A DNA stretch of 64,000 nucleotides from positions 32,001 to 96,000 of IMG/VR virus record IMGVR_UViG_3300037067_015039; one strand, written 5' to 3'. Under the pieces are notes generated by a model. That model saw only the letters and a list, made by a program, of their open reading frames with translations. It was not told where the DNA came from and ran no database searches. Position 1 is the stretch's first letter, and the number at the start of each line of letters is the position of its first letter. Below are positions 43,338 to 53,407 of the stretch, one piece after another. The translations under genes were made by a program, and so were the position numbers. This DNA is from a virus (taxonomy: Duplodnaviria; Caudoviricetes).

Positions 43338-43925
43338 ATGAGCCACCTATTTCTCGATGAAGCAAAAATCCATATCCTCCTGGAGTCTGCTAAAGAGAAT
43401 CTTCGGGACTATGCGCTGCTCCACATGGCGGCAAGCACAGCTTTGCGAGGATCCGACCTTCTCAGAATCACTCTCGAAGACATGGTGGATAGAAACGGCG
43501 AAATCATCCGGTTGCTCCGGTTAAAAATGAAGAAGACCGCCCAATGGATCGAACGGCCGCTTCGGGATGACTGCCGGCAAGCTGTTTATACCTGGATCAA
43601 TAGCCGAAGAGACAAAAACCCTTATCTCTTCATTTGCCTTGGGAATGAAGGGAAGAAAAGAAGAACACCATTATCCAGGATGGGGTACGATAAAATTATT
43701 AAAAAATATCTGTCAATGCAGTATCACGAATCCGTCTTGCAGGGATGTTCCACTCATACCCTGCGGAGATCCGTGGCGAAGCTGGTCTATAAGAAGACCG
43801 GCGAAATTGCGGCGGCTCAATCGCTCCTTGGACACAGTTCTCCTATCAATACCATCAAATATATCGATCCAAGTGAGATTAGAGAAAAAGCGAATAAAGT
43901 GGTTTTGGAAGATCTGAAATGGTGA
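43338..43925 (+). CDS. Tyrosine recombinase/integrase (catalytic domain only)
   Basis: TALRGSDL, KMKKT, STHTLRRS, LLGHSS, IKY. Confidence 0.9.
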   Translation: MSHLFLDEAKIHILLESAKENLRDYALLHMAASTALRGSDLLRITLEDMVDRNGEIIRLLRLKMKKTAQWIERPLRDDCRQAVYTWINSRRDKNPYLFICLGNEGKKRRTPLSRMGYDKIIKKYLSMQYHESVLQGCSTHTLRRSVAKLVYKKTGEIAAAQSLLGHSSPINTIKYIDPSEIREKANKVVLEDLKW

Positions 43926-43930
43926 AATCC

Positions 43931-43959
43931 TTGCAATTTCAAAAGACAGGTTTTATATT
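43931..43959 (+). promoter_or_regulatory. Sigma70-type promoter for tRNA-like gene
   Basis: TTGCAA-17 nt-TATATT. Confidence 0.5.
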
Positions 43960-43965
43960 ATCGTT

Positions 43966-44033
43966 TGCGGGTGATCTGAGATCAATTGAGACTCATAATC
44001 TCGAAAAGCAGGGTTTGATTCCCTGACCCGCCA
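43966..44033 (+). tRNA. tRNA(CAU)-like gene with shrunken D arm
   Basis: GCGGGU/ACCCGC, GAUC-UGA-GAUC, UGAGA-CUCAUAA-UCUCG, CAGGG-UUUGAUU-CCCUG; no encoded CCA. Confidence 0.6.
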
Positions 44034-44128
44034 TTGAGACTCTTGACACATTAATCAATATCCGGTTAGAATCATTTTGCTTGGTTTCTCTCGGGGGGTT
44101 CGCTTGATCGGGGCAGCCCCCCATTCCT

Positions 44129-44338
44129 TTATCTGCCAGTCAATTCAAAAAATATCCCAATAAAACCTCGAGACATAGCCCAGGATTGAGCAGCCGAGAA
44201 TCCATTGTTTTTAAGTATTCGTCTGATTTTATGACGAGGATAGGTGTTTGCGTAGTAACGGGCAATTTGGGTTTTTCTTCGTCCAAGATGACGAACCTTT
44301 GCCGCGCCTTTTTTGGGTTTTTTCGAGAGATCTCCCAT
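44129..44338 (-). CDS. Small basic protein
   Basis: AAGGAG RBS. Confidence 0.5.
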   Translation of the reverse strand: MGDLSKKPKKGAAKVRHLGRRKTQIARYYANTYPRHKIRRILKNNGFSAAQSWAMSRGFIGIFFELTGR

Positions 44339-44671
44339 GATTTAAGCTCCTTTGAAAATCTAAAGTGCTGTAGTCATGGAAGACCTCCCTTGTGCCTGAG
44401 TGATGTCGAATGATCACCATAAATAACTAAGAGACGCTTCCATAATAATATTTTTATTCCTGGTGTCAACCGAATTTTGTTATACTCCCGGAAATGGCCA
44501 AGCGTTGCGATCACAACGAAAACTATGTATGTCAAGCTTGCGGCGAGTGCTATCCATGCCAGCATACTCAGGAAGAGTTTAATGGTTATATTTGGTGGAA
44601 GTGTCGATTTGAGAACCGAGTTCATAGAACCAATTGTATGGGTAAAATAATCGAATGGGTGGGAAACAACA

Positions 44672-45784
44672 ATGGACGGATTAAATAAAATCTATTACCT
44701 CATTGGCACGACAGCCACCGGGAAAACAACAACAGCTAAAAAACTTGCTAAACTTCTAAATGCGGTGCTTATCGAATCCGACCTGGTTTATAGAGAGCTG
44801 GACATCAGATTTGATAAGCTAATCGGTCCTCAGCGACCGGCAACAGTGGATCCGGACAGCTTCGCAAAGCTTTCGCCTCAAGCTCAATTATTCTACCACC
44901 AAGCTCAAAAAGACATTTATCGTGAACTCTTCGACCTTGGGCTGAAAGAAAATCCTGGCGCTACCTGTATTCTTGTCGAAGGCGCTTGTTGCAGCCTTTT
45001 ATCCGATCGAGCTGCACTGCTTTCAATTACAGGGTGGCTCACACGCGAAGTATTCCTTCTTCTGGATCTACCATTCAATCAGTGGCTGGAATTCCTTGCC
45101 CAAAAGACCGGAGAAAATATAAGGGTACTCTTAGAAAACCAAACTTTATGGATGGGACAATATGAGCGATTCAGAGCCAAAATTGTTATTCCTCCTGAAA
45201 CATTACGGTTCTGTCACCCTGATTTGACCCTTCTTCCAGAGCCAAGTATTTATCAGAGGGCCGGGCTAACAGACGAAAAATGGAAGCTTTTTGATATGCC
45301 GGCCAGCATCGAAGGATGCACAGTAGCAGACTTGGGATGTAATGAAGGAATGATCGGTAAGTTTTGCTTGGATAGGGGCGCAAAACAGGTTTTAGGAATC
45401 GATGTGAATTGGAGGTTATTAGACAAAGCCCGGGATAAAGGAATCAAGGTTATGCTTTATGACCTTAATAATCCTTTTTCGCACCTTGGGCAATTCGATT
45501 ATATCTTTTCTCTCTCAATGATCCATTACATTCGTGATATGGAATTATTCATCAGAACCATTTCATACTTAACCCGTAAAGAATTTATCCTCGAGGCGCC
45601 GATCGCGCAGAACGGGCAGGATTACGAAGAAAAACCAGGATCATTCTGCGGGAGAGCGGCGTCCAAGGATTTAATAGAGAAATGGCTTCATGCTTATTTT
45701 GCTGACGTCAAATATATTGGAGAGTCAATATCTCCTGATGCTTATACAAAAAGAGCGATCTGGAAGGCGACCCCATGTCTATAA
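44672..45784 (+). CDS. P-loop kinase fused to SAM-dependent methyltransferase
   Basis: GTTATGKTT; VADLGCNEG...VLGID. Confidence 0.8.
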   Translation: MDGLNKIYYLIGTTATGKTTTAKKLAKLLNAVLIESDLVYRELDIRFDKLIGPQRPATVDPDSFAKLSPQAQLFYHQAQKDIYRELFDLGLKENPGATCILVEGACCSLLSDRAALLSITGWLTREVFLLLDLPFNQWLEFLAQKTGENIRVLLENQTLWMGQYERFRAKIVIPPETLRFCHPDLTLLPEPSIYQRAGLTDEKWKLFDMPASIEGCTVADLGCNEGMIGKFCLDRGAKQVLGIDVNWRLLDKARDKGIKVMLYDLNNPFSHLGQFDYIFSLSMIHYIRDMELFIRTISYLTRKEFILEAPIAQNGQDYEEKPGSFCGRAASKDLIEKWLHAYFADVKYIGESISPDAYTKRAIWKATPCL

Positions 45785-46401
45785 GAGAATCCTGGATTAA
45801 AGAACTTCCATCTGAGATTAAATTTTGGGAAGATTGGCTTGGAAAACGAAAAAGCCTGGCTGTTGCTAAATATTATCATGAGCTGATTAACGTCGATCTG
45901 ATTAAAAAAATCATAACTGACATTGAAGAACCTGTGAAGATTTTAGATGTGGGACCAGGCGTAAGTTCTTTCCTTTCCTACATCGATTTTGGGAAAAAGA
46001 TCGAACTCTATTCGATTGACGCATTAGCCGACGAATATACAAAACTCTGCCAGAATATTGACCGTATCGACATCCCAATCCAATGCGAAGCTGAGTATAT
46101 GGATATCCTTTGGCCGGATGGATTTTTTGATTTCATCCATATCAGAAATTCTCTGGATCACTGCTTTGACCCAATAATGATTTTGCAGAAAGCTTTACTT
46201 TTGCTCAAAAAAACCGGCACACTCTATCTCGGGCATGTTCCAAATGTGAAACGATGCTCCGGATATACGGGTCTCCATTTTTGGGATATTGACGCCATTG
46301 ATGGACAACTCACAATAGATGGTCAGCCAGTCGGTCTTGATTGCGAGATAAAACTCCTGCCGCGGCGGAATATTTTGGTTGAATTTCTTTTAAATAAATG
46401 A
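45775..46401 (+). CDS. SAM-dependent methyltransferase
   Basis: ILDVGPG, FDFIHIRNSLDH. Confidence 0.8.
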   Translation: MSIRESWIKELPSEIKFWEDWLGKRKSLAVAKYYHELINVDLIKKIITDIEEPVKILDVGPGVSSFLSYIDFGKKIELYSIDALADEYTKLCQNIDRIDIPIQCEAEYMDILWPDGFFDFIHIRNSLDHCFDPIMILQKALLLLKKTGTLYLGHVPNVKRCSGYTGLHFWDIDAIDGQLTIDGQPVGLDCEIKLLPRRNILVEFLLNK

Positions 46402-46407
46402 GGTTTT

Positions 46408-46935
46408 ATGTATCCGGAAGTGCAACCGTCTTACGACTTGAGACTTAAGCTGGTTCCTGAATATCTTACCGTTCTTAATGTTGGCATTGGCAAAATCATT
46501 CCGAGCCTCTTGGCTAGGCAGTTGCCCTTGCTGCCTTTTAAAAGGCTTGATCATTTGGAATGCTATGAACCATATATTGACCTCGCTAAAACCTTTGAAT
46601 GGGCCTGCAAAGATGTAAGATACATTTTAGGCAATGCTGAAGAATTCACTGGGTACGCTGATTATGACCTAGTTCTACTGTTTGATGTCCTCGAGCATAT
46701 GAAAAAAGAGGAAGGAATACGAATCCTTGAGCGATGTCCTCATGCCCTTGTCTTCGGACCTGTCGATACTATGATATCCGAAGCTCATGAAGAAAACCCT
46801 GAAGGCGATCCCCATGCCAGGCATATCAGTTTATGGGAGCCTGCTGATTTTGGAATCGGTTGGGAGGTTGAAGTCCTCAAGGATTTTCACGACTTTGGAT
46901 GGAGGAAAATGGATGCCTTATGGGCAATGAAATGA
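46408..46935 (+). CDS. SAM-dependent methyltransferase-like protein
   Basis: VLNVGIG, YDLVLLFDVLEHM. Confidence 0.75.
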   Translation: MYPEVQPSYDLRLKLVPEYLTVLNVGIGKIIPSLLARQLPLLPFKRLDHLECYEPYIDLAKTFEWACKDVRYILGNAEEFTGYADYDLVLLFDVLEHMKKEEGIRILERCPHALVFGPVDTMISEAHEENPEGDPHARHISLWEPADFGIGWEVEVLKDFHDFGWRKMDALWAMK

Positions 46936-48722
46936 TTAGCGTTGTCATCCCGATCTTTGATCGGACTTGGATGCTTCGAGAATCAATTGAATCAATTCTT
47001 TCTCAAACTCACCAGAACTTTGAACTCATTCTCGTAACAGACGGTTCTCCAGCAGATACCCTCGAAGTAGTAAAACAATACGAAAAGCACCCAAAAATCA
47101 GGGCATTCTACTACCCAACTAATAGTGGGTCCCCTTGTCGCGGTCGCAATAAAGGAATCCTGGAGGCTAGAGGGGAATATATCGCCTTCCAAGACAGTGA
47201 CGATATTGCGACTCCACGGCGCCTGGAAATCTCACTTAGGGAAGCAAAGGCTCACCAGGCTGACGTTGTATATGGAAACTGGCGATCTAAAGTAGACCAT
47301 CCAGGACATCAGTCAGGGATAGCTGATGGAACAGAAGTTCATTGTCCTCCGTTGCGCCCTGGGTTGCTGAAGGAAATGAATGTACTTTGTCAGGGAACCG
47401 TCATGGTTCGCAGAAAAATACTTATTCAAGCTGGCGGGGTAAACTCCAAGTTTGGTTATCTCGAAGACTGGGAACTCTGGTTAAGACTTGAATATTGCGG
47501 CGCCCGATTTATAGCGGTTCCAGAAGTACTTACAAACCTAAGATTGCACGATTCTAATAGCGAATCCATAAAATGCAAAGAGATCGAGAAGTGGAAAACC
47601 TTAATGTTTCAGGAATATGACAAACTACCGAGGTTCCCAATGAAAATTGCCTACTTGCTACCAGGAACAGGTATTAGCGGAGGAGTCGGCGTTATCCTCC
47701 AGCATACAAACAGGCTCATGGAAAGAGGCCATGAGGTCATACTTATATTAACGTCAGGTCAGGACTCTTGGGATCTTTCCTGGTTTCCCAATAATAAAGT
47801 TCCAGTGCTTTCTTACCACACCCCTTATCAATATCGTTTCCATAACATTGATCATCTGGTCGCCACCGGCTGGCAAACCGTAGAGTATTTATGCAGGATT
47901 GATGCAAAGAATAAGTATTATTTTGTCCAATCCGATGAAAGAAGATTCAGCGAAGATCTTGAATTTAAATCTGTCGTCGACAAAACTTACCGATCCCCAG
48001 TCAATTACATAACCGAAGCAATTTGGATCCAGAAATGGTTGGCAAGTGAATACGGTCATTATGCCACATGGGTCCCAAATGGTCTGGATATAAATATATT
48101 TCACCCTGTACAAGTGCAGCCACATCGCCCTAGAGTCCTCATTGAAGGTCCAATATCTATTCCCTTTAAAGGTGTGGCTGATTGCATTAAAGCTATTGCC
48201 GGCATCGGCTGCGAAGTATGGATGGTTAGTAATGCAGGAACCCCTGACCCTTCCTGGAAAATTGATAAGTTTTTCTCTAAAGTCCCTATGGATAAAATGA
48301 GAGAAATTTATTCAGATTGCGATGTTCTGCTAAAAATGAGCCAAGTTGAGGGGTTTTTTGGGCCTCCAATGGAAGCTATGGCCTGCGGTTGTGCTGTAGT
48401 TTGCTCGAAAGTCACAGGCTATTCTGAATATATCGATCATGAAAAGAATGCTTTAGTTGTCGAATCAGGAGATATTGCAGGGGCTCGGGCGGCCGTTGTG
48501 AAAATACTTGCTGATCCTTTTTTAAAAAACAGTCTGGTGCTTAATGGCTATAATACTGTAAAACAATGGCCTTGGGCGCCTTCTATTGACCGACTTGAAT
48601 ACCTCTTTGGATCAACTCAATGTACGGAATTGTCATTCCAAACCGATATAGCGAAATTATCAAACCTCTCATTACCAGTATTGATGAGCTTATTCCAAGA
48701 CCTTTGCCAGTCACTTTCTTAA
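46932..48722 (+). CDS. GT2 + GT4 glycosyltransferase fusion
   Basis: ISVVIP...FQDSDD (GT-A); EGFFGPPMEAMACG (GT-B). Confidence 0.88.
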   Translation: MISVVIPIFDRTWMLRESIESILSQTHQNFELILVTDGSPADTLEVVKQYEKHPKIRAFYYPTNSGSPCRGRNKGILEARGEYIAFQDSDDIATPRRLEISLREAKAHQADVVYGNWRSKVDHPGHQSGIADGTEVHCPPLRPGLLKEMNVLCQGTVMVRRKILIQAGGVNSKFGYLEDWELWLRLEYCGARFIAVPEVLTNLRLHDSNSESIKCKEIEKWKTLMFQEYDKLPRFPMKIAYLLPGTGISGGVGVILQHTNRLMERGHEVILILTSGQDSWDLSWFPNNKVPVLSYHTPYQYRFHNIDHLVATGWQTVEYLCRIDAKNKYYFVQSDERRFSEDLEFKSVVDKTYRSPVNYITEAIWIQKWLASEYGHYATWVPNGLDINIFHPVQVQPHRPRVLIEGPISIPFKGVADCIKAIAGIGCEVWMVSNAGTPDPSWKIDKFFSKVPMDKMREIYSDCDVLLKMSQVEGFFGPPMEAMACGCAVVCSKVTGYSEYIDHEKNALVVESGDIAGARAAVVKILADPFLKNSLVLNGYNTVKQWPWAPSIDRLEYLFGSTQCTELSFQTDIAKLSNLSLPVLMSLFQDLCQSLS

Positions 48723-49297
48723 TTGCCGATGGGCACGATCGCCAATATAGCGGAATAACCACCTTGCTTTACAAGGACCCTTTGTTCGTCTTTGCTAAAG
48801 CAGTGAATATGGGGATTAAAGCTCTTCTCACTAAAGATGTCATTCTTGTCAACGATGACTGCCAGGTAATTCAGCCGGATTTCTTCCGAAAACTTGCCAC
48901 TTATGCGGCTTTCCACCCGGATATTGGCATACTCAGCTCTTTAATTAGAGGGAAAGTCGGTAACGATCTTCAAAGATGGACCCCAAAAACACGTGAATGC
49001 CTCTTTGAATATGAGAATGCCATTGGGATCTGCTTCCCATGCGTCTTCCTTCGTCGCAAAATGATTAACCAGATTGGCCTTTTAAACGAGGGGTTTGTCG
49101 ATTATGGCGGTGAAGATACTGAATACTGCACTCGCGCCCGGGCGGCCGGCTGGAGAACTGCGGTTGTGACAAATCTTGTCATCCAACACGGAGACGACGC
49201 ATCCCCTCTATCGCCATCTTTCAATAAGCGCTGGTGGCGCCGAGGAAAACCAACCGATCAGGAGATCGAACTCTATTTCATGCGTAATAAGTTGTAA
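48620..49297 (+). CDS. GT2 glycosyltransferase
   Basis: FAKAVNMG, LVNDD, YGGEDTEYC. Confidence 0.82.
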   Translation: MYGIVIPNRYSEIIKPLITSIDELIPRPLPVTFLIADGHDRQYSGITTLLYKDPLFVFAKAVNMGIKALLTKDVILVNDDCQVIQPDFFRKLATYAAFHPDIGILSSLIRGKVGNDLQRWTPKTRECLFEYENAIGICFPCVFLRRKMINQIGLLNEGFVDYGGEDTEYCTRARAAGWRTAVVTNLVIQHGDDASPLSPSFNKRWWRRGKPTDQEIELYFMRNKL

Positions 49298-49464
49298 ACC
49301 GGGTTTACTTTTTACAACTTATTACATCCAACTTTCACTTTTTTTACTCTCGTGTAATGCCCCAGGATCAACGAACTCCCCTTATGAGCTATCTCGGTAT
49401 CCATTAAAACAAGATAATTAGGCAGATCTGGCATCCGCAAGCGCCATTGGATGTTTTAATTATG

Positions 49465-49854
49465 TCAGGATCCCTTAATTTCAGAAAAAAGAGAAGCCTG
49501 GCTTTTTATCTTCTCTTTTTTCTGAATAAGCTTGTCGCTTATAATGCGGTTTTGTTCTCTTAGGCGGTTTCTTGATGCTGCCATTCTTTGAAATTCCAGG
49601 CGTTCCTGGGCGGCATCATAAAGCCATTTACTAAATAAGCCCGGGATTCTTTCAATTGCCTTTTCCATATCTCGCCGCCTGCCGATTCTGGTTTTAACAT
49701 TCCCATTACAAAAGCAACCGGGATCATACCCTAGAGAGCCATCACGGAAGAAAAAGAATCCCCGCACCCAATTACATCTAGGGCATTTATGCACCTCAAG
49801 CTTATAGCCAGTAGAATAGGCTCTTTTCAGTTTTTCATAATCTTCATCTGTCAT
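49465..49854 (-). CDS. Hypothetical Cys-containing protein
   Basis: Overlaps dnaB end; GGAG RBS. Confidence 0.55.
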   Translation of the reverse strand: MTDEDYEKLKRAYSTGYKLEVHKCPRCNWVRGFFFFRDGSLGYDPGCFCNGNVKTRIGRRRDMEKAIERIPGLFSKWLYDAAQERLEFQRMAASRNRLREQNRIISDKLIQKKEKIKSQASLFSEIKGS

Positions 49855-51193
49855 ACCATTTCTCCGGACTTTCAGGGGAGTCCTGATATAGATCATCGAA
49901 AGATGTATATTCTCCGATGTAAGCCATTTGGAAGCTTCCAGTTGCGCCACTTCGTTGTTTGCCGATGATTACTTCTGCTGATCCTTGGGTTTCCTCCTGA
50001 TTTTCTGCGGGTCGATGGAGAAGAACAACTAAGTCAGCATCTTGTTCGATCTGACCGGATTGCCGGAGATCTGAAATTTTTGGACTGGAGTCCTTGCGAT
50101 TTTCAGTACCACGATTAAGCTGAGCGGCTGCCACGACAGCAATATCCATGGATTTGGCCATACCTTTCAGACTCATGGAAATGTTGCTGATTTTCTCAAC
50201 ATCATTGCGGCTTTGTAGATGTTTTGGTGGAGCAATAAGCTGTAAATAATCAATCAAAATAATTGGGATAGTGCTTCGCAGGCGCCGAACCCGGGAGCGC
50301 ATATCGGCAACCGTCAAAGAAGAACTATCATCAATCCAGATCGGCATTTGGGCTAGAGCACCGGCTGCTCTAGCAATTTTATTCCAATCCTCTTTGTTCA
50401 GATAACCAGTATTTAACCTGACAAGAGAAACTCTTCCTAATTCTGCAATCATCCGCATAATTAACTGCGGCGCCGCCATTTCCAGGGAAAAGACAGCCTG
50501 GTGGATTCCTTTAGCTCCCATACGACGGCACATCCCCATAAGTAGCGAAGTTTTGCCGGAACCAGGTCTACCGGCAATAATATTTAATTCTTTTTTCTGG
50601 AAACCGCGGTGAACAATACGATCAAAATCAGCATAACCTGTATGGAATCCTCCAGATTCCTTCCGATCGCTGATTTCCTCGATCGTTTTATAGGTTTGAC
50701 TGACAATTTCTGAAATATGGACTAATCCAGATTTGCGATTTATTCTCCCCAATTCCTCGTCAATTCCAGAAAAGGTGTCCGATATGATCTCTGTGAATTT
50801 TTCCTGAGCGTCATAACATCTGCCCATCAAATCACTGCCGATTCTAATGCCTTGCCGCAGAGCTCTATATTCTCGGAGTATGTCTATATACTGCTGTGAC
50901 AGAGCTTCATGATAATTTGGAAACCAATCGGTAAGGCTGGCCAGGTAAGCGGCTCCCCCACAAGCATTCAACTCGTTATTTTGAACCAATTTATCTTTTA
51001 CTGTTATGAGATCAGGTCCGGTCCCCTCATCAACTAGATCCTTAATGGCTTTCCAAATTCTTCGGTTTGACTCCAAATAAAAGTCATCAGCTTCGAGATC
51101 AGCCTCCAGCCGACCGTTCGCAAGGGTATATCCCAAAACAAATCGTTCAACTTCCAAGTTAGTTGGAATTGTCTTTTCAAGAGATATATCCAT
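49844..51193 (-). CDS. dnaB: Replicative DNA helicase
   Basis: AGRPGSGKT, FSLEM, IDYLQL, QLNR, DLRQSGQIEQDAD, KQRSG. Confidence 0.95.
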   Translation of the reverse strand: MDISLEKTIPTNLEVERFVLGYTLANGRLEADLEADDFYLESNRRIWKAIKDLVDEGTGPDLITVKDKLVQNNELNACGGAAYLASLTDWFPNYHEALSQQYIDILREYRALRQGIRIGSDLMGRCYDAQEKFTEIISDTFSGIDEELGRINRKSGLVHISEIVSQTYKTIEEISDRKESGGFHTGYADFDRIVHRGFQKKELNIIAGRPGSGKTSLLMGMCRRMGAKGIHQAVFSLEMAAPQLIMRMIAELGRVSLVRLNTGYLNKEDWNKIARAAGALAQMPIWIDDSSSLTVADMRSRVRRLRSTIPIILIDYLQLIAPPKHLQSRNDVEKISNISMSLKGMAKSMDIAVVAAAQLNRGTENRKDSSPKISDLRQSGQIEQDADLVVLLHRPAENQEETQGSAEVIIGKQRSGATGSFQMAYIGEYTSFDDLYQDSPESPEKWYDR

Positions 51194-51960
51194 TAGCGTT
51201 CTCCTACAACGTCGCAGATTTCTTCCAGTCGTCGCGTAAGAGCTTCGCCATAAGATTCTCGGAATAATTCCAAATTATAATTTGTCGCTAAGCTGAGACG
51301 AACAATATCCGGATTCATATAGCAGAAATCTATGACTTCGAAAAATTTAGAGAAAGAATACTCTGTATCGCCTAACTTGCCACATTCATCAATAAACAAA
51401 TGCGCCGGGCTTTGGCTGTTATTTTTTTCAAAATCAGAGACGCTGAAGCCTTCAAGGCAGTTTGGATTGAATTCATCCAATTTCATTTTACGGATCATTT
51501 CCGAGCACGTCATATAAAGCGCATTCCGGCCGGCATAAACAGCTTCCTTGTAAAGCGCCCACATAAGATAGGTTTTACCAGTGGAAGTTGCTCCACAGAA
51601 AAAATAACCTCCAAGAGGATTTTTATTTAAGGCTTTAATAATTTCCGTCTGAAGCTTTACATCCAGCGTAACAAACTTGCTTGGTTTTATATCTTTAAGC
51701 CTTGGCTCTATTCGATATCTTCCAGGAACAAATTTTTCAATCACTTTTTCCACTCTCTGGAATTCCCGGCACCAGCAAGCCCGGCACCTGGTCCTTTCCG
51801 GGTTCCAAATCACTCCCTCGTCCTGACACTTTTCGCATTTTGGCGGGGGTGATGGCAAAAGAAGTTCCGGATGTTCCGCCCAATTCTTTTCCATCCTTTC
51901 CCGGATACTCGCCAGAACCTCCTCGATTTTTCCGTTTACGGGCTTCAGTTCGTTCGTCAT
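51193..51960 (-). CDS. DnaC/IstB-like helicase loader ATPase
   Basis: CEKC...CWC Zn motif, GATSTGKT, LFIDE, ATN. Confidence 0.8.
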   Translation of the reverse strand: MTNELKPVNGKIEEVLASIRERMEKNWAEHPELLLPSPPPKCEKCQDEGVIWNPERTRCRACWCREFQRVEKVIEKFVPGRYRIEPRLKDIKPSKFVTLDVKLQTEIIKALNKNPLGGYFFCGATSTGKTYLMWALYKEAVYAGRNALYMTCSEMIRKMKLDEFNPNCLEGFSVSDFEKNNSQSPAHLFIDECGKLGDTEYSFSKFFEVIDFCYMNPDIVRLSLATNYNLELFRESYGEALTRRLEEICDVVGER

Positions 51961-53155
51961 GTTGGCTTCTCCCAAAGTCGTGTTGATAAGTTCCCGCCAG
52001 CACGGAGTTAATTCGGCCAAGATCTTTAGCCAGCCATACCGGCGACATATAATGCCTGTTTGTATAATGCGTTGTTGATCCAAGAGTGCGAACGAATTCA
52101 GCCCATTTCTCTTCCGGGCCTATTCCGTTCTCTCTTCCCATTTCATTAAACACTTCGACCAATTCTGTTACTTTTGAATATTCTTTTACAACCGCTGTCG
52201 GAAGTGGTCCTCTATTTTCTTCCCAAATTTCAAAGAGTCTGATTTTTGTAAGGGGGGTAGGGGGGATCCTTCCTTCTTCTGTTTTTCTTTCTTTTGTTTC
52301 CCCTTCTTTAATACCTTCTTCTGTCTGTGCTACATTGACCGCTACATTGACCGCTACACTCCCCGCTACACTCCCCGCTACAAGTTCACTTTTTTGTGCT
52401 TGATAATCATCGTATTTACATATAGTTACAATCGACCCTGCCGCTACAAGCCCCGCTACATTGACCGCTACATTGACCGCTACACTCCCCGCTACATAAA
52501 TTCCGTTCTTGAAATAGATTGTCTTAATGTCCACCATCCCTTCATTTTCAAGCTTTTGCAGCCAATAATGCATCATTCTTGGTGATTGATCGTATTCAAT
52601 TGCGAGGTCACGTTCTGAAATAATATATTGACCTCTTTGAAGCATTATTTTGGTTTTTTTCCATTCAACTTCATGCTCTTTCCAGGCAGCGTCGAGGCAT
52701 AATTGAATGAATAAAAGTTTTACCCAGGCTGGCTTTTTTTTAAACCAAGGGTGATGACGGATGGATCTGTAGAGGAAAATAAAATTGTTTTTTCCGTTAG
52801 TGGCGAAGGGAGTCTCAGATTGAGGCTCCCCCGGTTTTTCGCCTTCTTCTTCGCGTAATGGAGTCTTTGCAGACGAGTCAGTTCCTTTTTTATCACTTCC
52901 CGATGAAGGTTTCAAGCAGGAATAAAGAAACTCGTAGCCAGCACGTTTTTTAAACGTGGCCTCAAGCGCCTCTATAATTACATCAGGATCTCTGCCAGCT
53001 TTTTCCCATGCCTCGTCTGCTATTGCATGCAGATCAGGATCATCATTTTTATGCTTGAATAATCTTGATTTGAGAGCTTTTTTTAGTAAATCGCTGACAT
53101 CCCGAGACCCTTTAGGGATTAAACTCCCCACAAGGCTATTCCAAGTTTCTCCCAT
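51737..53155 (-). CDS. Phage replication initiator (lambda O-like)
   Basis: FIFLYRSI...W...LQRGQYIISERDLA wHTH; internal iterons; upstream of loader and helicase. Confidence 0.75.
   Translation of the reverse strand: MGETWNSLVGSLIPKGSRDVSDLLKKALKSRLFKHKNDDPDLHAIADEAWEKAGRDPDVIIEALEATFKKRAGYEFLYSCLKPSSGSDKKGTDSSAKTPLREEEGEKPGEPQSETPFATNGKNNFIFLYRSIRHHPWFKKKPAWVKLLFIQLCLDAAWKEHEVEWKKTKIMLQRGQYIISERDLAIEYDQSPRMMHYWLQKLENEGMVDIKTIYFKNGIYVAGSVAVNVAVNVAGLVAAGSIVTICKYDDYQAQKSELVAGSVAGSVAVNVAVNVAQTEEGIKEGETKERKTEEGRIPPTPLTKIRLFEIWEENRGPLPTAVVKEYSKVTELVEVFNEMGRENGIGPEEKWAEFVRTLGSTTHYTNRHYMSPVWLAKDLGRINSVLAGTYQHDFGRSQHDERTEARKRKNRGGSGEYPGKDGKELGGTSGTSFAITPAKMRKVSGRGSDLEPGKDQVPGLLVPGIPESGKSD
52329..52496. 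repeat. Iterons: two blocks of five GCTACA-core repeats at 12-bp period (putative origin)
   Basis: GCTACATTGACC / GCTACACTCCCC repeats at 52329-52382 and 52443-52496. Confidence 0.85.
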
Positions 53156-53161
53156 AAAACC

Positions 53162-53407
53162 CTACTTGTGAATACGATCGGTATATTCGTCTTTGCGCCG
53201 ATGACAATCCGCACAAAGACCTTGAGCGTTTGGGCGCTCATCCCCTCCTAATTGAGACCTTTTCCGTTTATGGTCCCGGGTCAGAGGCATTATTCGACCA
53301 CAGTCGAGGCAATGACCATCCTGAGAATCAAAAATATCCTCACGTTGAGCAGTATAATCACGCTTCGATAGTTTGACCCGCTTGACCTTCCAATTTGGTT
53401 CCGGCAT
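53162..53407 (-). CDS. HNH endonuclease
   Basis: CLDC...TRDH..KRSQLGGD...NAQGLCADCH. Confidence 0.8.
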   Translation of the reverse strand: MPEPNWKVKRVKLSKRDYTAQREDIFDSQDGHCLDCGRIMPLTRDHKRKRSQLGGDERPNAQGLCADCHRRKDEYTDRIHK

